Source of the DNA: an uncultured bacterium
Lineage (GTDB): Bacteria; Zhuqueibacterota; QNDG01; DTFT01
DNA length: 64,000 nt
Direction: 5' to 3'
Assembly: GCA_963736115.1 (NCBI GenBank)
Contig: CAVTNR010000009.1
Coordinates: 1 to 64,000, forward strand
Shown here: positions 56,848 through 64,000 of the stretch, piece by piece
Layout: every line of letters starts with the position of its first letter
Position numbering within the stretch: position 1 is the first letter of the stretch
Position numbers and translations under genes: made by a program
Notes under the pieces: generated by a model
Databases searched by the model: none
Told to the model about the DNA's origin: nothing
What the model saw: the letters and a program-made list of their open reading frames with translations, nothing else

Positions 56848-57437
56848 GCCTTCCTCCTGCCGGACGGACGCGCCAGTTCGCCATGGCGGAAACAGCTCAC
56901 CAGGTGGTCGTTCACCACGCCCACGGCCTGCAGGTGGGCGTATATCACGGTGGTGCCCGTAAACCTGAAGCCCCGCTTCTTGAGGTCGCGGCTCACGCGG
57001 TCCGAAAGCGGTGTTCTGGCAGGCAAATCCTTGAGGCGCCTGCGCCGGTTCTGCGCGGTTTTTCCGTTCACAAACTTCCAGAGATAGGCGTCAAAGGTTC
57101 CGAATTCCTTCTGCACCTCCAGAAACCGGTTCGCATTGTTCACGGCCGCGCGTATTTTCAATTGGTTGCGCACAATGCCCGCATCTTTCAGCAGGGACTG
57201 GATCTTCCGTTCATCATACCGGGCCACTCGGCGGGGATCGAATCCATCGAATGCTTTGCGGAAATTCTCCCGTTTCTTCAGTATGATGTGCCAGCTCAGA
57301 CCGGCCTGCATGGCCTCGAGCACGAGGAACTCGAAATGTTTTCGTTCATCATGCACCGGCGTTCCCCATTCCTTGTCGTGGTATTCGACATACAGGGGAT
57401 CGTTCACCGGCCAGGGACAGCGGATTTTTTCTTTCAA
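56844..57437 (-). CDS. tag: DNA-3-methyladenine glycosylase I
   Basis: RCPW, YHDKEWG, QAGLSW, NDHLVSC; start approximate. Confidence 0.95.
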   Translation of the reverse strand: MKEKIRCPWPVNDPLYVEYHDKEWGTPVHDERKHFEFLVLEAMQAGLSWHIILKKRENFRKAFDGFDPRRVARYDERKIQSLLKDAGIVRNQLKIRAAVNNANRFLEVQKEFGTFDAYLWKFVNGKTAQNRRRRLKDLPARTPLSDRVSRDLKKRGFRFTGTTVIYAHLQAVGVVNDHLVSCFRHGELARPSGRRKA

Positions 57438-57515
57438 TCGGGTGTTCCCTTCAATGGGAGTGGAATGTCCCCGCAACGGATCTTCGAGAAACATTGACCC
57501 CGGGGTCAACGAACC

Positions 57516-59654
57516 TCACTTCACCACCGCGATCTTCCTTGACGCCGTGAACCCCTCCGCCTCCATGCGAACGACGTAAACCCCGGACGCCAGGCCGGAC
57601 GCGTCGAAGCGGATCGAATGATTTCCGGCGGCGTAACGTCCATCCGTGATCGCGCGCACCGTCCGGCCGGTCATATCCGTCATGTGTAGCCGGACACGGC
57701 CAGTTCCGGCGGCCTCGAACCGGATTGTCGTGTAAGGATTGAAGGGATTGGGATAATTCTGCTCCAGTGAAAACCGGAGAGGCGCAACCGTCCCCGCGTC
57801 CGCTCGCACCGCGTCCGGCTCCTGAAAACGGATAACCCAAAAACCGGTCGTTTCATCGCAGAGATAGACAAGCCCGTCGTGCACGCACACGCCGGCAGAA
57901 CTCTCGCCCGCGAGATAATATCCTGACTCGACAGGATGGCCGGGATCGGACACATCGATCACACGGAGGCCACTGTTGTCCTCCGCGAGGTACGCGAACG
58001 ATCCTTCCACCCACACCCGATAGGCGGATTCCCGGGTATTGAAAAATCCGATCTCCAGAGGAGAGCCGGGATTGCTTACGTCCACGATCCACATTCCGTT
58101 CTCATCCGCGACATAGGCCGTATGATTCAGGACCGCAATCCCGGAAACCCAGTCCGGGGGCTTGAAGAATCCGGCCTGCACCGGATGAGCGGGATCGGAG
58201 ACGTCGATGATGCGTAATCCTTCGTTCCCGGCCGCAACATATGCGATCGTTCCCTCCACCGCAACATCCCGCGTTTCCCCCCCGGTCTCGAGAAAGCCGA
58301 TTTCCACGGGAGCCGCGGGATCCGAAACATCGGCAATTCTCAATCCTTTGTTATAATCCGCGATAAATGCGTATTGGCCTTTGATTGCGACGCCCCAAGC
58401 AGATCCGGGAGTGGCCAGCAATGCCACGGCAGCCGGTGATGCGGGATCTGCGATATCCACGATTTGCAGGCCGAAACCGTTTCGCGCGACATACGCGTAA
58501 TTCCCCGCAACCGCCACGTCCAGCGCCCAGATGCCCTCAAAACGCCCGACTTCGACCGGATGTCCGGGATCGGCCATGTCGAAAATCCGGAGACCGTCCA
58601 GCCCGTTGGCCAGACAGGCGATGGAACCGGCGAAAGCCATGTCAAACGAGCCGCCGGCCGCTTGCCGTCCGATTGACGCGGGATTCGCCGGATCGGACAC
58701 ATCGAATGCATAGAGGCCTCCCTCATCCACGCTCAAATAGGCCTTGCCCGCGGCCACGGAAACCCGGCTCACATTTCCGGTCGGGCGAATACTTTTAATG
58801 AAGGCCGGATGGGCCGGATCCGAAAAATCGATGATGTTCAGTCCGTTCGAGGCGTTCGCCGCATAAACCGTCTGACCGTCGATGTCCATGCCGTAACAGC
58901 CGCTTCCTCCCGAGTAAACGCCTAATTCAAAAGGATGAGTAGGATCTGTTATATCCACGGCACGCGAGTATCCCGATACGTCCACCAGAAAGGCGGTATT
59001 CCCGCTCACCCGCACTCCGGACACGTTTGTGCCGGTGGCGAAAACACCGACCTTCATGGGATTCCATGGATCCGAAACATCAACAATGCTCAGGCCGTTC
59101 ATTAATTCGGCCAGAAATGCGGTCGTACCGACGACCGCAACGTCCTCCACGCTTGCGGACGTCGGTGCGCGGCAAAGCACATCCGGATTCGAAGGATCCG
59201 AAACGTCGACAATGACGAGCCCGTTCCCGCCGCAGGCCGCATATAGATGCGTCCCGCTTATCGCCAGATTCGTGCACCAGGCATTGAGATCCAATTCTGC
59301 GCGGAAGGCCGGAGCCGACGGGTCGGACAGGTCCAGGATGTGCAGGAACCCGCTTTCATCCATCAGATAACAATCGGTTCCCTGCACGCCGAGTGCCAGA
59401 ATTCCCGCAGAAAGATGCGCCTCCGCCAGATGGACGGGAAGAGCGGTGTCCGAATAATCGACCATGCGGAGCACGCCCCCGTCCCCGAAATACACGGTAT
59501 CCCCGGAGGCGGCGATCGCGTTGCATGGGCCGTGCGCCCAGCGTCCGACGGGTGTGCAGTTCAGGCTTTCCTGTGCGACAACCACCGCTGTGGACAGGCT
59601 CATCCAGGCTGCCCCGAATAAAACGGATGCAGTATGAAGAATTCGTGTTCTCAT
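57516..59654 (-). CDS. Secreted LVIVD-repeat protein with T9SS-like C-terminal sorting domain
   Basis: More than 10 GLxIvDvSDP repeats; LEQNYPNPFNP CTD; SD GGAGGAGG. Confidence 0.9.
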   Translation of the reverse strand: MRTRILHTASVLFGAAWMSLSTAVVVAQESLNCTPVGRWAHGPCNAIAASGDTVYFGDGGVLRMVDYSDTALPVHLAEAHLSAGILALGVQGTDCYLMDESGFLHILDLSDPSAPAFRAELDLNAWCTNLAISGTHLYAACGGNGLVIVDVSDPSNPDVLCRAPTSASVEDVAVVGTTAFLAELMNGLSIVDVSDPWNPMKVGVFATGTNVSGVRVSGNTAFLVDVSGYSRAVDITDPTHPFELGVYSGGSGCYGMDIDGQTVYAANASNGLNIIDFSDPAHPAFIKSIRPTGNVSRVSVAAGKAYLSVDEGGLYAFDVSDPANPASIGRQAAGGSFDMAFAGSIACLANGLDGLRIFDMADPGHPVEVGRFEGIWALDVAVAGNYAYVARNGFGLQIVDIADPASPAAVALLATPGSAWGVAIKGQYAFIADYNKGLRIADVSDPAAPVEIGFLETGGETRDVAVEGTIAYVAAGNEGLRIIDVSDPAHPVQAGFFKPPDWVSGIAVLNHTAYVADENGMWIVDVSNPGSPLEIGFFNTRESAYRVWVEGSFAYLAEDNSGLRVIDVSDPGHPVESGYYLAGESSAGVCVHDGLVYLCDETTGFWVIRFQEPDAVRADAGTVAPLRFSLEQNYPNPFNPYTTIRFEAAGTGRVRLHMTDMTGRTVRAITDGRYAAGNHSIRFDASGLASGVYVVRMEAEGFTASRKIAVVK

Positions 59655-59698
59655 TACAGCCTCCTCCCTAGATTTATCGCCAGCCGAGGATGGTCGTT

Positions 59699-59722
59699 GT
59701 TGGGGCGACGCGTCGCCCCTAC
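59699..59722. repeat. REP-like palindrome (GTAG type)
   Basis: Minus strand GTAGGGGCGACGCGTCGCCCCAAC. Confidence 0.6.
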
Positions 59723-59740
59723 GCAAAACGGACGCCGACA

Positions 59741-59773
59741 ACCTCCCTTGGGTTTTTAAAACCCACGGGAGGT
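59741..59773. repeat. Palindrome
   Basis: ACCTCCCTTGGGTTTTTAAAACCCACGGGAGGT. Confidence 0.55.
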
Positions 59774-59782
59774 ATCAATCAT

Positions 59783-62156
59783 TCACCTCACCACCGCCAT
59801 CTTCCTCGCAGCAGTGAACCCCTCCGCCTGCATGCGGACGACATATACCCCTGAGGCCAGACCGGACGCGTTGAAGCGGACCGAATGATTTCCGGCGGCG
59901 TAACGTCCATCCGTGATCGCGCGCACCGTCCGGCCGGTCATGTCCGTCACGTGCAGACGGACGCGGCTTTTCGCAGAGGTCTCGAAACGGATCGTCGTGT
60001 AAGGATTAAAGGGATTGGGATGGTTCGGAAACAGGCGGAATCCTGAAGGGTTTTCATTGAGCTGCCGCACGGCATTTGTGTCATCAACGCGCCAGGCATG
60101 AACCACGAGGCGACCTTCCGCCTCCCGTATGAATTCCACCGCGTACAAAATATGGTTTTCGGAATCGAACGTTGCGGAAAAAATCTCATGGTTGGCTCCG
60201 AAGAACAGATCTTCGGCGAGCCTGAGCGCCGCGTACGGTTGGGGTTCCCAGGGCTGGAGCGTTCCCGCGGCTACCGCGGCCAGGTCGTCCGGGTTGTAAA
60301 AAACGATCATGGGCTTCCGGTTGTGGCTGCGCCAGCCCTTTCCGTCCGGGTCCGTTTCCCAGAAATCCGGATAGGGCACATCAGCGATGACCCAGTCGTG
60401 TCGCATCCGCTCGCCGGCATACCCGTACCAGTTGGTGCCGAGCGCCTTGTTGCCCATCAGCGCCACTGCGCCCGAGCCGCCCGCCGACACCCACATCGCG
60501 GCCCGCCATTCATCCGCATGGTTGTACCCGTCGATCGAATTCGGAAAATGAACATTGTCCGAGGCTTCAACAGGACCGTACTGGAGAAGAGTTGTTGCCT
60601 GCAGAACGGATCCGGGCCCCGGAGGCGCGTTTCCGACTCCCGCGAATGCGTACAGAGTCGGCCCCAGACCGCTCAATCCTCCGTCCCTGCTCCGTCCGGA
60701 AACGAGGAACCGGCCCGAGACGTTCACCGACGCCCAGTCCGCAGGCAGGCTGAACAGCCAGTCTCCCGCTCCGGCGTCAGTTGGCGGTTCGTCACCAGAG
60801 CCGAGGTACCAGGCTCCGTGGACACCGCTTACAGAGAGATCGGACAATTCGCAGCAGGTGATGGAGGCGTGTTTCTCCCCGGTGACGGTATAATGAGTAA
60901 CTCCAGGCGCTGTAGAGCCGACCTTCCTCAGGAACCACCGCGAGCCCGGTCCGCCAAATGTCGACGAAATTCCATGCGTCTATGTTTGCGGGCCTGATGT
61001 TCTCAGGTTCCCGTAGAACGCGGGCGACCGGAAGTTCGGAGAGTGCGCGGGATCCGGAGACAACCGGAGCCGGAAGGCTCACCTCGCCGACCCATCCGGT
61101 TTCGGCCTGATTCAGATTCGTGACGAACAGGGACCCCGGCGTTCCGTCGGAGGAGGATCCTGAACCGCCGTCCCCATCCGGCCGGAAGGCGACTGCCTCG
61201 CCTCCCCAGGCGAATGTTTCCGGCAGGGTGAATGCGCCCAGATATTTGAAGACGTCCGGCCGCACCGGACCGTCTCCGGACAGGAACCCCGGAGTCCGGA
61301 TTTCAACAGGATCGGAAAGGCCGCTCTCGTTCCCGGCCGCGTCAAGGGCGGAAACCCGGAATGCGTAGGTCCGGTCCGGTTCCAGGAACACGCAGGTATC
61401 CTCGACGGATTGTGCGTATTGCTCCACCTCTCCGTCCATGTAAACAAGATACTCGACGGTCCCGGTGTTGTCCCCCGCCGCATTCCAAACCAGACGCACC
61501 TTGGAATGGGAAACAGCCGCGGCCGTCAATCCGGTCGGCGTTTCAGGCGCGGTCAGATCCGCGTCATCGAGCAGTTCAATCCTGTCGCAAACCAGAAAAG
61601 GTTTCTGAAAGGTGGATCCCCATTCTACCGCCAGGTTGATATTGACCAGGGACCAGTTGCCGTCCGTTTTGTGAACCCCGGAATTTTCAATATTATAGAC
61701 AGTCTTCGCGGTTCCATGCGGCTGAATTTCGGTGTATGTGAACCGATAATCCGTGAACCGTCGCATGGTGTACCAGTTTCCGCCCGGCGCCGTTTCAGAC
61801 GGTTCGTCCGGGTCCGTGAAGCTGATGCGCGAGGTGAACGAAACGGTTTCATCCGAATCGTTGAACCAGGTCACAACGATTCTTGCGCCCTTATTGAAAG
61901 GCCGCGGCGTCCCCCGGACTCCTCGAAAATCGCCGTATTCCCCGGGGTCGGTCACTACCCGCACTCCCCCGCCTCCGACGGCGGTATGGGACAGATTGGC
62001 GGATATTATAGGGGTGTTCCATCCGGCCAGACCGTAGACATTCGCGGCCGCGGAAGACCCGAAATCGACGAGTGTGACACCGAAGGACGCGTGCGTCCCC
62101 ATCGCGCAGAGCATGACGATCGAGACGGACAGAAAACGACGGACGCGAGCGATCAT
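59783..62156 (-). CDS. Secreted protein with FN3 domain and T9SS-like CTD, frameshift near 60899
   Basis: Signal peptide; FN3 (DLTAPETPTGL...DAAGNES); removing one base joins SAWS-THYTVTGEKHASITCC to the downstream ORF ending in an NHPNPFNP CTD. Confidence 0.8.
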
Positions 62157-62278
62157 GACTCTCCCCCGGCGGCAAAGCCGCTTTTTTCCATCCGGCCTTA
62201 CTTCTTGCGCAAGCCGCGCTGGACGCTTCCACCGCGGCACAGCCGAAATCCCGCCCTATCAGGTGACGGCGCGGAAGT

Positions 62279-64000
62279 TCATCTGAGCGGATTCAGTACC
62301 GTTCCGAAAACCTCGGCCGCGGCCTTGATTTTCTCCTCGTTGCCGTACACGCAGAAGGCCCGCTGGTCGAGAACGTCCGACACGAGCGGCGCCATGGCGC
62401 GGATGTCCGCGGCCGTCGTGGACAGCACGGCGTCGCGTTCCGCCTGCAGGTGGACTGCGCTCACCCGCTCGAATCGGCACCGGACCGCCTCCCGGCCTTT
62501 TTCCGAGGGTGTCCGGGGCTGGTCGAGATTGGCGACGGTTCCGATGATGTACCGCGTCATGGCCGTGGAGTCGGCCTCGAAAGTCCGGAGATACTCGGGC
62601 GTGGCCGCGTAGGTGTCCAGGGTTTGCCCGAGATTCGGGTCGCGGTAGGAGCAGAGCAGAAACGTTCCGTTCGGATTTATCCTGGAGAACCCGCCGTACG
62701 CGCCTCCGATGACGCGGATCCGCGTCTGAAGCCAGTCGGTCGAGAGCACCTGAGTGAGCACGTTCATCCTGCCGTTCCAGGAGTGACCGAGCTTTTTCAG
62801 GTTGTATCCCTCGACCACGTACTGCACCTTGGAGGGGGTGGCGAACCCCTCGTTCTTCTTCCGGATGTCGAAGGTCCCAGGACTGCGGTTCCGGCCGGCC
62901 CGGCGCCAGCGCCTTCGCGAATCCTTTGAAGGCTTTGGTGAAGGCCTCGGTCTCCTCCGGGCCGCCGGTCGCGGCCGCGGTCAGGTTGCCCGACGTGAAC
63001 AGGAGGCCGGCGGTCCGCTTCAGGTTCGCGGCGATGGTTCCGGCCTGCACGTCGAAGGAATCGGCGAGATCGGACACGAACCAGTAATAATCGAATCCGC
63101 GGGTTTTTTCATTGAACATGCCTCCGTCGCCGATGTACGACAGGGCGCGGTTGGTCGCGAAACCGAAGCCGTTGCGCCGTGCGGCGCCGTCAAGCCTCGA
63201 CTGGTGCCGTGTGAGCACGGTCCGGATCCGGTCCGGATCGTCGAATTTCGTCCTGTTCAGCACTTCCCCGGCCAGGTCGAACATTTGGCCCGTCTTCGGG
63301 CGCAGGGCCTTGACGGACACGGTGAATTTCGGGAGGAGCCTGGAGTCGTCGCGGTCCTCAAGAAACATCTCCGTCGCGGTGGAAAACCCTCCCGTATGCA
63401 CGTTGAGCGCGGTTTCGAGCTCGGCGAACGGGTAACGCCCGGTGTCCAGACTGCCGAGCATTTCGGACAGTAGGGCCGCGTAGGGGATCAGTTCCTGCGG
63501 CAGAACCCGCATATCGAAGTACAGGCTGGCGTACACGACCCCATTGGTGAACGCGTCGTGAAACAGCACGGGCACGCCGGCCACTTTCCGTTCTTCGACG
63601 CCGTACCATTCGGCCCTGGGGTTGACGTCCGTGAGCCTCAGCAGGGGGATGGTCGCCAGCGCCTCCGGGCTGTCCTCCCGGCCCTGGTAGGCGACGAGTG
63701 CGGCCGTCTGCGACACGAGCGTGTCGATTTCAGCCTGCGTCAGCGTCGACTTGCGGCCGGCCAGGACCGAATCCGCGGCAGCCGCGTTGCGCGTCTCAAG
63801 CCCGGGTTCGGGCGCGAGCGTCATCAGCAGGGCGTGGGGATTGTCGATCAGATGACGGCGCAGAACCGTCTCGAGAAAGTCGGAAGTCATGGCGGTCTTG
63901 AGCCGGGCCAGCGGTTTCTCGTATTCGAGGCCCAGAAACGGATCATCGGCGAAAAACCAGCCGGCCAGCGTCTGCATGCTGTAAGTGATGCCCTTCTGGG
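62279..64000 (-). CDS. M16C (presequence protease/insulinase-like) metallopeptidase, C-terminal part, frameshift near 62877
   Basis: ATIPLL, TNGVVY, TGG, IRVIGGAYGG, SYRDPN; 5' end lies beyond the window. Confidence 0.88.

Overview
GC-rich bacterial chromosomal segment, mostly core and housekeeping genes. The C-terminal 'NYPNPFNP' sorting domains, FCB-type TonB N-terminus and spoVG-ispE synteny suggest an FCB-related lineage such as KSB1; this is inference. Core content: aspS; parA-parB-M23 peptidase-bactofilin; tsaD; a CdaR-like gene; rpsF-ssb-rpsR-rplI with an S6:S18 leader; pth-rplY-prs-tRNA-Gln-spoVG-ispE; lpxH-PBP1A; pdp, prmA and folC. From about 40 kb onward the content is more accessory (TonB receptor, CNT, GPx, ABC, CE15, ECF sigma, pabB/C, secreted proteins, M16 protease). 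Most notable: (1) a 42-45 bp hairpin mini-element in 7 copies that inserts at a G^C step at the apex of other DNA hairpins, including its own copies, mostly inside IS200/IS605-end-like non-autonomous repeats; (2) an in-frame receiver domain-glucan phosphorylase fusion; (3) a TPR/TPR/CglF-like/TonB-like cluster preceded by a sigma54-type motif and resembling myxobacterial Glt/Nfs envelope machinery. Six apparent indel frameshifts probably reflect assembly error. No CRISPR array, transposase, integrase or rRNA was seen.
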